From assembly GCF_022045235.1 (NCBI RefSeq), contig NW_027266297.1, forward strand, positions 39,990,001 through 40,054,000: a DNA stretch of 64,000 bases, written 5' to 3'. Shown piece by piece: positions 35,411-49,882 of the stretch. The DNA is from Haliotis cracherodii (lineage: Eukaryota). The notes under the pieces are model-generated. The model ran no database searches and was not told the DNA's origin. It saw nothing but the letters and a program-made list of their open reading frames with translations. Position 1 is the stretch's first letter, and every line of letters begins with the position of its first letter. The position numbers and the translations under genes are program-made.

Positions 35411-38400
35411 ACAATATATTTTACTATTGCCTAATTCCTTCTGCGTGAGGCTGGAAACTTATCGATTTAGTATCGAACTTTTAAATATTGTAAAAGGATC
35501 TTCATTTGAAGATACTGATATTCCCAAGAAAGCAACTTTCGACAAGCCTTTGAAGGTGGGCATGTGGGTACAAAAATCTGACATGTATATAACTTGTTTT
35601 TTTAACAACGAGTATACGTTTCAGTCAAACTAAAATGATTAGGAGAATTTCAACACAAAGCATCCAATGATCGTCCAATGGTCTTTTGTTTTGTTTTTTT
35701 ACATGTACGTTGAAGTAATTGACGGCCCTTTGTTATATAGAAACACATATGTCGTTCTGAAATGTGTATTGACATTGCCCAAACCACCATCTAGTACTCA
35801 AGCATTAGCAAAATTGACTATGCTATATCATGAACACCCGTTGTGTGCACCACTTAACCGAAAACAGTCAAAAAGACTATGAACTGTCACACAAAGGAGG
35901 AACCACTCAACCTAACCGATTACAGCCTATTGATCTTTGCATAGTCAAAGATGCAGGCACAGCTACTGAGAGCAAGTACTTGTATGTAAGTGCACGTTCT
36001 GTTATAACAAAAAAGATGTTTCTTTGATTTTTGGTTGCATTCACCCATACTCTCAGCAGACAACATCATTAATGCAAAGCTTATTCTTGATTCAAATTCG
36101 ATTTCCATGTTAATCAATGCTGCATTGCAACTGATATTGTAGTACGATGCATTGTGGAATTTAATTGTGGATTAATAAGCTGACCATGACAAATGTGTTT
36201 CATATGAAATTTCCCAATGGTATTGCGTCTGTTTTCGGCATCCGATAGACGCCGTCACAGCCATGGTCACAAGAGAGGACGAAGGCCAAATAATACCATT
36301 GATTTGGAAGATTTGTTCCCCACATTTAGGTACCAAAGAACGAGATTATATTCTGTGTTGTTATATTTTGTGTCCGGCTGCCTTTTGCAAATGGATGGAT
36401 ATACAAACAGTCGCAGCCCACAGTATAGACAAGAGAGTATAAATTCAACTTTATTTGTAATAATTTATAAAAACGTTTTTAATTTTAATCCGTTTACAGT
36501 CAGTTGCTAACAACCCGGGCAGAGTTAAAATAGGTCTTCAGAAACCTTTGCTTGCCGTAAAAGGCGACTTTGCTTGTCGTAAGAGGCGACTAACGGGATC
36601 GGGTGGTCAGGCCCACTTACTTGGTTGATGCATGTCATCGTATCCCAATTGCGTAGATCGATGTTCATGATGTCAGTCATTGGATTGTCTGGTCAACACT
36701 CGATTATTTACAGCTGGAATAGTGCTGAGTGTAGCGTTAAACAACAAACAACGATCAAACAGTTGCTTACAACACCTGTTGTGCATGACTTAAAACACAC
36801 GTTCAGAGGACACTGTCTGTATTTTCTGGCCATCAAGAACTAATTTCTTTTGGTTGATGGGCGTCACTTTCAAGATATAGTACACAAAAGAAGTTAAAGA
36901 TCACCCAGATTATTATATTATTAACATTGTTGATTAGCCATGCCTAAAACATTTTTTGAGAAGCATATATTCAAAAATACTCATATGTAAACACGAGTAA
37001 ACACATTCTGCTTGTACTTCCTAATTCACTTATATGTTCCTGCATACAAATCCAAAGGATAAGATATGTGCAGCTACGCACCATTAAATTTGATATGTCT
37101 GGAATGCGCATAACATGCAAGAACATTGGAACTATCTAATATTATAAAACACACTTTTAACAAAACAAAGCAGGTCACTACATATACTTATACAATTTTA
37201 CGTACATTACAGGTACCGTGGCCTTGTTTAAGCGTATTGCAGAGGGTTATGTATAGATTTCGAATTACCATGTACACCGTTCGTACTTTCGTTTGAAATA
37301 TTCAAAATTTCCTTTTAAAACGTTATGTTCAGTTCTCTAACCCAATCTAAGTATCACATACCAATGTCAGTCGGAAGAACCTATTATATTACAATGCCAT
37401 TTGAAAAATATATTGCAGCATACGTCATTTGAATTCATTACACGCGTCATTAAATAAATAGATAGTCAGTAAGTCTGTCCTGAATACACAGGTGGCTGCA
37501 TAATATATGAAGTTATTGTTGAGGAGACAACTGAAGAAATGGAATTATTCCTTGTTGTGCATTCAGTGCAGTCTTTTTTTCAGTTTCTTCTAAAGTTTCA
37601 CATACCAATGTCAACTGTCCCGTCGTTCGACCATCAGCAGAGAATATGGCACCATTGTATTTCATTTGAACTCAATACACTCAATACACAGTCTTTTGTT
37701 CAGTTTATTCAAACCTTTAGTTGTACTACAATCTTCCATTATGATTTGAAAGGTAGGTTGTTCTTAAAGAGCTAAATGATTCAAAAGAACTGGTTTTGAA
37801 AATACCATTTTATTCGGGAACTACAGTTATAGGGGAAGCATGGCGTGGATATATATGAAACAAGGTGGAGGTGGTAACAATGGTACAGACTTACAGGCAG
37901 TTGAGAAATATGTACTGCCTGTATTTTTCTGAAATGTAGACATCAAAGGCTCTTCATAACGGTAAAGTAGACTATTGGAAAGTTGAAGTCACTAGAAACG
38001 TCAAAGAAACGTACAGGGGCCTGCATTGGGCAGAATTATGTGATGCTAGGCGAGAATCTAATTTCATGCATAGCTTACTCCGACCCATTTCCTGTCGCAT
38101 GTTATCGATCCCAATTGCGTGGATCGATGCTCATGATATCAATCACTGGATTGTCTGGTCCAGACTCGATTTATTTACAGACCGCCGTCATATAGCTGGG
38201 ATATTGCTGAGTGCAGCGTTAAACAACAAACCAACCAACCAATTTCCTGTCAGACGTTACAGAGACAAGGTACAGACTCTTGTGTAGATACTGCACAGTG
38301 CACTTTGGAAGTGTACATTTCTAATAAATAAGTGTTAAACACGTGGATGAACACCTCAGATTTACAACTTTGAAAGCAATGTGGATAAACCGTAAGAGGA

Positions 38401-38810
38401 AAATGGCTGCAAAAGTTATTAAAAGTTGAATACAAACAGATAAATACAAACAGTTAAAATTATTTCAAATATTATTCCGAAGGATGGTGTGGATCTCCGG
38501 TAAGTCAAATTGTAGAATGTATTTCGAGTCACATTTGTATCAATGTGATCAAAATACAGAAGCAACGAACCAAATCGATTTGTGAAAGCAGCACACAATC
38601 CTTGTTTATTTGTAGTTAATGGCCGCACTCGCTAAAATTCCACCAATCTGGTTACAATGACACGACCCATCACGTTACCGGGACTGAAAACTCGAGATCT
38701 CCTTGGGGTTATAATTAATTCATGATATAGACTCACACTGAACTGAAGAGACATACGTGTCAATTCAAACTGGATACATATATGATGAACACACTCAATA
38801 ATGTATTACA

Positions 38811-39089
38811 TACGACGGTTGATTGATAAGTTCTGATCCTCACACAGAAAGATTTGACCTAAAGACATCAAAATCAATTATTTTTCAAAATAACCCCCTT
38901 CCACATTGATACACTTTTGTCAACGATGTTTGAGCGATTTTATCCCAGTTTCATTGCTGCTAAGATGTCACAGCGAAACAGTTTGCTCAGTTGGCTCAAG
39001 TATTTCTGGATACACCTCTTTGACATCATGTAATGTCCGCAGCTAGAGATTGCCTTCTATATGTGGCTCAGAATCAATCAACCCTCGTA
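38811..39089 (-). mobile_element. Mariner-derived short element (unit C)
   Basis: TIRs TACGACGGTTGATTGAT / ATCAATCAACCCTCGTA. Confidence 0.72.
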
Positions 39090-40019
39090 CAAGGAGATAA
39101 CAACACGAATTCGGTCCAACTAAACCTTCTCATCATTCCATTTTAAATGAAATACAAAGTACAGTCAATCAAAGTCAGCAAAGTTACTTTCAAACAAATT
39201 CATCTGTCGTGTATATTCTACATATACAGTTGATTAAACAGAAGAGTTTGAACACACCACGTCTGATTGCACAAACACAGTATCAAGCACTTGTGACCCA
39301 TAAGTCCCATAAGATATTTATCCATCTTGGCGGAATATCACTGGTGGTATGAATGAACGGTTCTCAACAGGCAAACCACAGAGACGTATTCTGCAAGAAA
39401 TACAGTAAATATATGAACAACTGTAGACCTTTACCAGGTGCAAGCAGTGTCCCTAATTCTGTGCTTCGAGTCAGGTGAAAGCATTTAACAAACGTTTAGT
39501 CATTTGACACAGTGGGGACGAAGAAAACAACCCGTGAAGATCCGGGGTAGAATAGGTCTTCAGCGACCTATACTTGCCGTAAAGGGCGACTGTGATTGTC
39601 GTTAGAGGCGACTAAGGGATCGGGTGGTCAGGCTCGCTGACTTGGTTGTTTCATGTCATCGATCCCAATTGCGTAGATCGGTACTCATGCTATCAGTCAC
39701 TGGATTGTCTGGTCCAGACTCGATTATTTACAGACCACCGTCATGTAGCTGGAATATTGCTGAGTGTGGCGTTAAACAACAAACCCACCAACCCACCAAC
39801 GAAGAAAACATCTTCTCCCATGTGGACACGAATTTGTTTACCCTTTCTACATACACTCAAAGCACACATCGACAACAATTTCAATTTACAATTAATAATG
39901 TACGATAACACTTGTACGTTGCAGTGAGTAAGTTCCGATTGGTTAACCGATAAAAAACTAAATCTTATGGTAAATTACATTAGACAGTCACTAATGAAGA
40001 AAAATATGAAATCTTTAGG

Positions 40020-42378
40020 TTAGACGTACCATTGTAACAGCTTGAAGCCAAAGACCTGGACTTCACAAAACTGCAGAATATCACGACTGTTAATCGTTTT
40101 GTGTCCACTAAGTCTCAGGTAACGGCCAGTCACGGGTGAAGTACACTGTATGGCAACTGTCTTGCCACGCTCTGTGACGGCTCCATTGTACATGTAACAC
40201 AGTTGTGGACTGTCACTAGGGTAGACAAGAGGGTCGTCTTGATACACGTCCAGAGCGAAGTCGTGAAGGCGTTCAGCTGAAAAACCAATGTTATGTTAAA
40301 TGAACACCAGCAGCTTATAGAATATGTTCCCACGATTATTTTCAAACTTAAAGGCGGACCATTTGTTTCACTTCACACTTTAAATTCAGACTATAAAATG
40401 AATGTTAAATTGTTTGATAGGCATTACTGAGAAGTTGACGGATGACAAGGTAGACACAATTTTATGGATAACAAAAAAAGTAAAAAGCGACGTTTCAGTA
40501 TAGATCCTTATACCGTTGTCAAGCAAGACTGAAAGATGGACATAGGACAGAATATATATAGTAGGTGGGGGATTAACAGAAGAGGATTAACAGTACCACC
40601 AATTGCATACATGAGTGGGATTACATAGGTAGGTGTTGACAACAAAGGGATAATACTGTCACAACACAATGGACAGGCAAATAATAAATATGTTACAACT
40701 TCAATAAAAGGTGAATAGTTTATATGAATATATGTTAATTCATAATGTGTTTTGTGCAAAGGAAACTGAAACTAAAACAAATATCGTGTGAAATGAAACG
40801 TTTATCTCACGACAACAGTCTTCTCTACTGGTGACACGGACTTCCACAACGACGAATGTGTCCAGAAGGTCCACCTGCCACCAGGGTGAGAAATCACCAT
40901 TGTCAACAGTAAAACATGATCGAGATGACCATGTCGCTGTAACATCACCGTCTACTGCAACACTAGGCTGGAGTATGTCACGACCCCACACTGAACTTGC
41001 ATTTGCTGGCTTATCTTTGGCAATATTAGGTAGAAGTTCCTCCACTAAAAGAGAAGTAACCCAGTTTTAATAACGTTGACATTTAATGGTTGGTAACATC
41101 TTTAGGAACGACATGGTTATGTGACATATGTTGAAAACATAAAACTATTAGGCTTAAAAGTGTTGTAGTATCAAACTGAGATTATGTTGGCTTATTTGTA
41201 AGTAAAGAAACCAAACGAGATAACATGGGGCAGATTTCTATTTTAAGGAGAGGCAACAGACTATGGGGAGCATGAAAAGGTATGACTTCAACCAAAGCGA
41301 AAAGCACAATTACTGTTTAATAAAGACGTTGTACGGCCAGTAACTGCAGGGACATTGCTTTGCCGGCGTGTCTATCATGTCTTTATGTGTCGGCGGATTT
41401 AGATTTTCACTAAAACTATATTATGAATCATAACCCTATTTGTCATATGATACAATGTTCGATGATATGGTCTTAAGTGTCTAGTTTCAGCCGAAGCAGA
41501 TTACTGTTCTTATGTAATATATACTCATCGTTATTTAACGTACATACCGCACTGCGCGGTGCCATTTCTCTTAGTACTGCATCTTTGCGTGTATCCACAT
41601 AGGACGTTATGACAAGGACCAAGTGCTGTCTGTGGCATAGAATAAAATATGACACGTATAAGAATTATGCAGTCATATATGAAATTATGAAAATATGCAT
41701 ATGCCAGCTATAATGTCAAGTCATCTACATTTTCACACAAATATATATCTGATATAGATTTCCGAGCCACAAAATGTTTTAACGTTATGATCATATCCAT
41801 CAATATACCTATTATACCAGCATCATTTTTTTATTCAAAACACACTCTTTTAACAAAGTTTGTGCTTTTAATTTCTTTGCAGGAAATTTATTTAAGTTAC
41901 TCCCAAACAACTAAAACAGAGAAGCAGAACAAACTGACGACACTTCGTCATTGGAAAACATCTGCTTGTTTACCACCAGTTGAGCTAATATCATATCACC
42001 ACTTAGACACAACATCGTAAGGAAGAAGTAGTTCCAGTGTAATCTTACCTTGTTCCAACTCATAATTGAACCGTAAATGAAATCCTCTTCCCCTCCACCT
42101 TCCAGATATTGGAGGTCGTCAAATACATTCAGCTGGCACGTTCTCCGCCCAAATCCAAAATGGAAGGACTTGCATATTCCATATGAAACACATTCAGCGG
42201 CACAGGAGAACAGAGATGATTTCTCGATAATCTTAAACGTTGATCCCACTAGGTGTTTTCTATAATGAAGATCCGGCATACATGTATTTGTTACTGGTAC
42301 CATACTCGAAAGTATCTGACAACAAATGTATATTATTTCCAATTGACCAAAGTGATGAAAGGTTTTTTTGGTCATCAT
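40020..42378 (-). CDS. PAN/Apple + EGF-like + F-type lectin domain protein, copy C (~300 aa)
   Basis: Exons 42378-42049, 41629-41548, 41044-40811, 40276-40020; open frame, GT-AG introns. Confidence 0.88.
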
Positions 42379-44168
42379 ATCAGCACGATGATAGCAGTTG
42401 TCCAGACTAAAATGTGACTGAAGGAATCCACATGGAAGTAATACACAGAATAATCAAAGTTTCCACACAATACACCAGGTTCGCTGAGTCTCTGGGGGAT
42501 GCAAAACTCGGGGTCGTGAATAGGAGGGTTTGTTCAGAGTTAACTGTGATGTTTGAATATTTTTTTATATATGATTAATAATCAACATAGTAAATCAATA
42601 TTGCTTATTATATATAATTAAAACATCAACATAGTAAATCAATATTACTTTGTGACAAGTCTATCACAACAGTGGTAAACATTGGGAGTATTCAAGATAA
42701 AGTAAGCACCTGCTTTTGCCATGCTTATAGCTAAACAATACGATTCATGTTTTAGATATGAATCTCAGTTTCATCACAAACATAACAACATCCAGAGGGT
42801 GATTGATTACTGATTTGCACACTTGCGTACTGAAGAGCACACAATTTCTTAGCTTTCCATGTCTCTTTGTCTTTAATCCTTCACGCCATTACCTGAAAAG
42901 CGCAGCGTGATATGTTCTCCTTATTGTCTGGCCTTTTGGAAGAAAGTCCACCACGATGGCACCCCAGAACAGTCTTTGCCTTCTTTGGTGGTGACATCAA
43001 ATTCTTCCAATGTCCACAACAATATATTTCACTATTACCCAATTCCTTCTGCGTGAGGCTGGAAACTTATCGATTCAGTATCGATCTTTGAAATATTGTA
43101 AAAGGATCTTCATTTGAAGATACTGATATTCCCAAGAAAGCAACTTTCGACAAGCCTTTGAAGGTGGGCATGTTGGTACAAGAATCTGACATGTATATTT
43201 CAACACAAAGCATCCAATGAGCGTCCAATGGTATTTTGTTTTGTTTGTTTACATGTACGTCGGAGTAATTGTCGGCCCATTGTTATATAGAAACACATAT
43301 GTCGTTCTGAAATGTGTCTAGACATTGCCCAAACCACCATCTAGTACTCAAGCATTAGCAAAATTGACTATGCTATATCATGAACAACACCCGTGGTGCG
43401 CACCACTTAACCGAAAAAACAGTCAAAAAGACTATGAACTGTCACACAAAGGAGGAACCACTCAACCTAACTGATTGCAGCCTATTGATCTTTGCATAGT
43501 CAAAGATGCAGGCACAGCTACTGAGAGCAAGTACTTGTATGTAAGTGCACGTTTTGTTATACCAAAAAAGATGTTTCTTTTATTTTTGGTTGCATTCACC
43601 CATACTCTCAGCAGACAACATCATTAATGCAATGCTTATTCTTGCTTCAAATTCATTTTTTATGTTAATCAATGCTGCATTGCAACTGATATTGTAGTAC
43701 CATGCATTGTGGAATTTAATTGTGGATTAATAAGGTAACCATGACGAAGGAAATTTCCCAATTGTATTGCATCTGTTTTGGTGATCCGAAAGACGCCGTC
43801 ATAGCCATGGTCACCAGAAAGGACGAAGGCCAAATAATACCATTGATCTGTTTCCCCTCATTCAGGAACCTATCTATGGGAATGCACAAAATAAGAAGAA
43901 AAGGATGCATCTACAAACAGTAACACCCGACAGTTTTAGACTGGCGAGTATTATTCACACAATTCAACTTTATTTGTAACAAATTTTTGTGAAGATTTAT
44001 TTCAACTTTAATCCATTGACAGTCAGTTGCTTACAACATCTGCTGTGCATGACTTGTACCTTACGTTCAGAACACATTGTCTATATTTTCTGGCCATCCA
44101 GAACTTATTTGTTTTGGTTGATGAAATGCGCGTCATTTTGAATATACACTACTCAAAAGAAGTTAAAA

Positions 44169-44333
44169 TGAGTGAGTGAGTATTGTTTTACGCCTCTTTT
44201 AGCAATATTCCAGCAATACCACTGCGGGGAACACCAGAAATGGGCTTCACACAATGTATCCATGTCGGGAATCGAACCCGGGTCTTCGGCGTGACGAGCC
44301 AACGCTTTAACCACTAGGCTACCCTACCGCCCC
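44169..44333 (-). mobile_element. SINE family 1
   Basis: Full copy; TSD CAAAAGAAGTTAAA at 44154-44167 and 44334-44347. Confidence 0.9.
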
Positions 44334-45731
44334 CAAAAGAAGTTAAAGAACCCCCGATTATCATATTATTAATATTGTCAATCTGTCATGTCATGAACCT
44401 TTTTGGAGTAGTATATATTAACATATGTAAACGTGGACATGCAACACATTCTTGATTCTTGATGAGAAGACATTTTGAGAAATGGAATCTTTCCTTGTTG
44501 TGCACTCAATACACAGTATTGTGTTCAGTAACAATTTGTTGATCTATTTCAATTTTCCATTGACAGTCAGTTGCTAACAACATCTGCTGTGCGTGACTTG
44601 TACTGTACGTTCAGAAGACATCGTCTTTTTTCTCTGGCCATCCAGAACTAATGTCTTTTGGGTTGATCAAATGCACAACCATTTTCCATTAAGACTTGAA
44701 AGGTAGGTTCTTATCAAAGATCTCAAAGATACAAAGGAACTGGTTTTAAAGATATCATTTTTATCAGGAACTACAGTTATCGGGAAACATGGCGAGGGTG
44801 TATATGAATCAACAAGGTGACCATGGTAACTAATGAACAAACTTACAGTCAGTTGTGAAATATATACATGTAGAAAATATAGCCGTCACAAATACATGCA
44901 AATGTCAGTCAATTATTCACCCGAACACACGAACAGACGTTACAAGTTAAAATAAGGAATTGCATCAGTTTTACATCAGTTTGTCACTGAAGTGTCCAAT
45001 TTGGAAATGTTCTCCACGTGTCTACCATAAATCATTTGAAAGCTTTGATAAGGCCTTGAATGGTGTAACCTTCACCAAACAGCTGTACCTCAAATGTTCT
45101 GAAATGTAGACACCTAATGCTCTACATAGAGGGATGGTGTGGAACTCACCCTACAGTCGAATTGTTGGATACAGTTCAAGCCACATTTGATTCAAATTGA
45201 TTTGTGAAACCAACATTCAATTTTGGTGTTTATTTGTTGTTTATAGACGCACTCGCAAATACAGTAAACTACGGTTATAACGAACACGCTTATAACGAAC
45301 TGACGGATATAACGAACTATTTTTGTGACAATCATCTTTGTGACTGAATACCCGATACCATCGATTCTATCCTGGAATCACCATGGGGTTATGAATAATT
45401 CAATATATAGAATCACACTGAACTGCAGAGACGCGTGAATTGAAACTGAATTACGAACACTCTAATTGATGTATTATATACGAGGCTTGTTTGATAAGTT
45501 CCGAGCCTATATTCTTTTTTCTCTTACTTTTACATGGTTTGCAGTGCTTATACCATACATGTTTTGTTGGGGACTTGAACATAAAGATAGTATATTGTGA
45601 GCTCCTGCTGCACGCTATCAAATTCAAGTGTTTTTTCTGAATGTTAATATTGTGTCTGAATATTAATGTTACACATAATTATCAGAAGTTGGTAATGTGT
45701 GAGTACACTCTTTTAATCTAGTTCGACTGTA

Positions 45732-46085
45732 GACCGCCTCCGTGGTCTAATGGTAGAGCGTCCGCCCGGAGAGCGGAAGGTCCGGGGTTCGATCCCCAGC
45801 CGCGTCATACCAAAAGACGCTGAAAGATGGTGCTTGTTGTTACCCTGTCTGGCGCTCGGCATTAAGGGGCTAAAACAAGGACTGGTCGGCTCAGAGTCAG
45901 TATACTGTGTCTGAGTGGGGTATTCATGTTAAACTGCGGCATGGTATCTCAGTGTGCTAGCACTATAAATCGGCACCAGTCCGGACTAGTACAAGCAGCC
46001 ACACACACACACATACACGTGCATTGCATGCACGTCGTTATATAAGTGCAATCATATAATCTTTGACGCGACGTTACCGTTTAAC
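45732..46085 (+). mobile_element. tRNA-headed SINE, family 3 (central domain resembling Meta/MESC type)
   Basis: A box TGGTCTAATGG, B box GGTTCGATCCC, then CATACCAAAAGAC...GGCATTAAGGG...GACTGGTCGGCTC. Confidence 0.85.
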
Positions 46086-46440
46086 CAATTTTTCGAATCG
46101 GGTCAAGGGGGACCTCAAATTGTAAAATTACTAGAATAAATGTTTAACAGTTTCAATTTGGTCATTGTAGCAGCTACATAAATTGGTAATACCCTTTTGC
46201 CAACGATGTTGAAGTGATTTTATCCCGCTTTCGTAGAGGTCTTTTGTCTTTTGTCTGCCCATAACGTTCTCCACAACTGCTGGGACTTTATTGTTCGAGT
46301 TAAAATAGTTTCCGGCTAGAGCCTTTTGTCCTGACATGTCACCGCAATGCAGTTTGTCCAGTTGACTCGAGTCTGTGGCATCGTGTACTGTCCACAACTG
46401 ACGATTTCCTTCCAAATGAGACTCAGAACTTTTCAATCAA

Positions 46441-48616
46441 GATTCAAGATTCAAGATTCTTTATTCAGTTTTTTGGGCCATGTGGCCTAGAGTACAATTA
46501 CAATTACAATAATTGCTGCGTCACGTGATGTCTGGAAAATAAATAGAAGTAGTCGTATTTCACATTAAATACATGATTTAAGTATAAGGCCAAAGCCTTT
46601 ACAATGTTGATATTTTTGGAGTTGAGTAGATTACATAAACTGTGATTATCATGATGGACATTGGATAACCAAAGCAAATAGTGGTTTCTGACAGAAGAAT
46701 ATTTTGAACATATAAACAAAACATGAAATTCATCCTCTAATTGCCTCCCTTCACAGTGAGGTACATAGATATAGACTCAAGTATTCATTTGTATGTTTTG
46801 ACTTTCGTAGCATGTTAATCTTAAAACCGTGTAGCGATATTCTGAATTTACAATATGCTCTCCTGAGTGATTTATTTGTGAGATTATCGATGTAAGATTC
46901 TGGCTGTAAAAGTGATTTCAAATTTGCATACTGTGACAGATATTTTGATGAAGAAATAGAGTCATGCCACTCTTGAGAATACATATCACTCAGCCTTTGT
47001 TTTATTTTTAGTAAAAATAGATTTTTTATCGCTAATATGTTGAGAGATCCATACAAATGAAAAGCCTGAAGAAAACAAAATATATCTTACATCAGACACC
47101 CAGGTGTGTTTATCATTATCATCTAACTGTTTAAGTAGATTGTAACATTGTTTTGGATATCAGCCCCATACAATTATTTTCCGAAACAAACACACCTTGA
47201 CAGCACGTTTTATAAATGTCAGTTACAAGCTCATTAATAAAGAAGATAAACAGAAGTGGGCTTAAGATACAGCCTTGTCTTACACCAGAGCTAGTTGTAA
47301 ATAAATCTGTTCTACCTTTGTCTGTTTTTACACAAGCCTTAACAGCAGAATACATTCTAGCTAAGACATTATACAACTTGCCATGGCAACCTTTTTGTTA
47401 GAGCATATATAATAGTTTTTTCCTTTCCACAAAGTCAAAGGCTTTCTTGAAATCAAAGAAAGCACAATAAAATATTGCTTTGTTAAATTTTTAGTACAAA
47501 GGGCCTGGAGTGTGAAAATGTTGTCTGTTACTAAATAGTTGGATCTGAATCCAGCTTGTGCTTCATGTATTAAATCGTTTATATCCATCTATGATCGTAG
47601 TCTTTTTTCAAGTATTGACGAGAATAATTTCCCAGTTGCATTTAGCAGGGATATTCCTCTATAATTGTTGGGCTCAGAGGTAACACCAGATTTATGTATA
47701 GGTATTGTAAGTCCAATGTTCCATGCTTCAGGAAATATACCGGTATCTAAAATTTTATTAAATAAAGGTCTCAAGTATTTAATAAGAATTGTTTCTGAAA
47801 GTTTAAAAAATTCTGGAGGGATTCCATCTTCCCGTGTTTTAATCTTTTTAACGCTTCAGCTACTTCTTCATCAGTAATAATGTCTGATCACAACTCATCT
47901 GTAGTGGGTAAGCTATCACAATTATCACAAGAGTGACTGTCAATGAATTCATTTACAAGTACATTAAAACCTTCATTCACTTCTGTTTTGTTAGAGTTTA
48001 ACAAATCTTTAGAATATAACTGAAGAGCATCAGGAGATATGGCACATTTAGAGTGTTTGCTACATAAAACCCGTTTAAGGGTGTTCCAAAATGGTTTACA
48101 ATTACCATGTTTTGCAGCATCTTTCAAATCTTCAACTATTTTACCATCAAATTGTTTATTTTTCTGACCACAGCATATTTTGAATTTTCTTTTGGCTGTA
48201 ACATATTTATGCAAATTATCATTACATTTGAACTGCTTAAATAAATTAATTTTCAGTTGAGTACATTCATGATCAAACCAAATTGGTTGACTTCTGGATT
48301 CATTGTTAAATAATGTACAAAAACCTCCAGAAGAACAAGCAATGTGGATCAGTATATCTCCCAATGTCTTGACTGCAGTATTTACATCTGTTTGTAAAGC
48401 TGTGTATAATTCTTCAAATATATCAGTAGACTGTAGTAATTGTTTATATTTCAAAGCATGTTGATCGATTAATTTGTATCTAGGAATAGGTGATACTGTT
48501 GTTATATGGTCAGTATTAGTAATCACAGTATCAAACATGTGAGATATAGTACAGATCAGAGGCATGTCGTCTGAATCTGTTCTTGAACACACTTTGAAAT
48601 CTACTAGTTTTTTCAA
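46441..48616 (-). mobile_element. 5'-truncated CR1/L2-group LINE
   Basis: PNNYRGISLL, QAGFR, GVRQGCILSPLLF, CKFRISLH; AATAAA plus (ATCTTGA)n tail; 14-bp TSD AACTTTTCAATCAA at 46427-46440 and 48617-48630. Confidence 0.9.
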
Positions 48617-49016
48617 AACTTTTCAATCAACCCATTTACGAGGAGACAACAGCTAGAATTTAGTCCAACTAAACCTTCAGGTAAACTCGATTCAAAGCCA
48701 GAAAAAATTACTTTCCAACTAACGCATGTGTTGTTTATATTCTTCAAATACAACACATTACACAGAACAGTGCGAACACTCAACGTTTAATGACTCAGAT
48801 TGCACAAACGCAACGCCAGTTACCAGACAGTTAAAATCTTTCATGTTTACAGCATGGTTTTCCATAACGTATTTATCGATCTTGGCTGAATATAACTGGT
48901 GGTAGTAAGGAAACGGCTCTCAACAGGCAAACCGCAGTGGAGTATTCTGCAAGAAATACAATACAAATGTCAACAACTGTACACCCTATCGACACCACTC
49001 TAACATATGTTTAGTT

Positions 49017-49256
49017 GGGGCACGGGTGGCCCAGTCCTCTCAGGCGCCGCGATTCGCTGTGCAGGGTTGCGTCCCTTGGGCACGCCAGAAACCTATGATT
49101 GCGGGTTCGAATCCCGTCTCGCCCCGATGTTTCTAGGTTTGTCAGCACCATACCCGTGCTCGTGGGTTTCACCGAAGTGGTAAACGTCTGAGACCTGCAT
49201 CACTTCGGGCTTTCCTCCCACATTAAGCTGAGACTCCGTAATATAACTCACTCACT
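49017..49256 (+). mobile_element. SINE family 2
   Basis: Near full-length; B box GGTTCGAATCCC; ACTC tail. Confidence 0.85.
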
Positions 49257-49632
49257 TGTTGTTGTGTAGATTCAGCCGAAGCATACCACTGTTCCTAGGC
49301 AATATGGAATCAGTTATATTACGCACACTGAACGGTGCCATTTCTCTTGGTACTGCATCTCTGCGTGTATCGACATAGGATGTTATGACAATGACCAAGT
49401 GTTGTCTGTGGCATAGAATAAATATGACACATGTGAGGAGTATGCAATCGTTTATAAAATTATGACATGGAACAATATGCATATGCATGCTAAAATGACA
49501 AGTAATATATAATTTCACACAAATAATGACATTTTCATTTTTCACCTGAATCTTTTACATAATACTCTTGGCATAGATTTACGAAACTCATAACTACTGT
49601 TATGATCAAACCCATCCATGTACCCTATGGGA

Positions 49633-49882
49633 CCGGGGTAGAATAGATCTTCAGCAACCCATGCTTGCTGTAAAAGGCGACTATGCTTGTCGTAAAAGGC
49701 GACTAACGGGATCGGGTGGTCAGGCTCACTGACTTGGTTGTTTCATGTCATCAATCCCAATTGCGTGGATCAATGCTCATGATATCAACCACTGGATTGT
49801 CTGGTCCAGACTCGATTATTTACACAGACCGCTGTCATATAGCTGGAATATTGCTGAGTGCGGCGTTAACAAACAAACAAAC
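49633..49882 (+). mobile_element. SINE family 4
   Basis: Family consensus from CCGGGGTAGAATAG to (AAAC)n. Confidence 0.88.
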
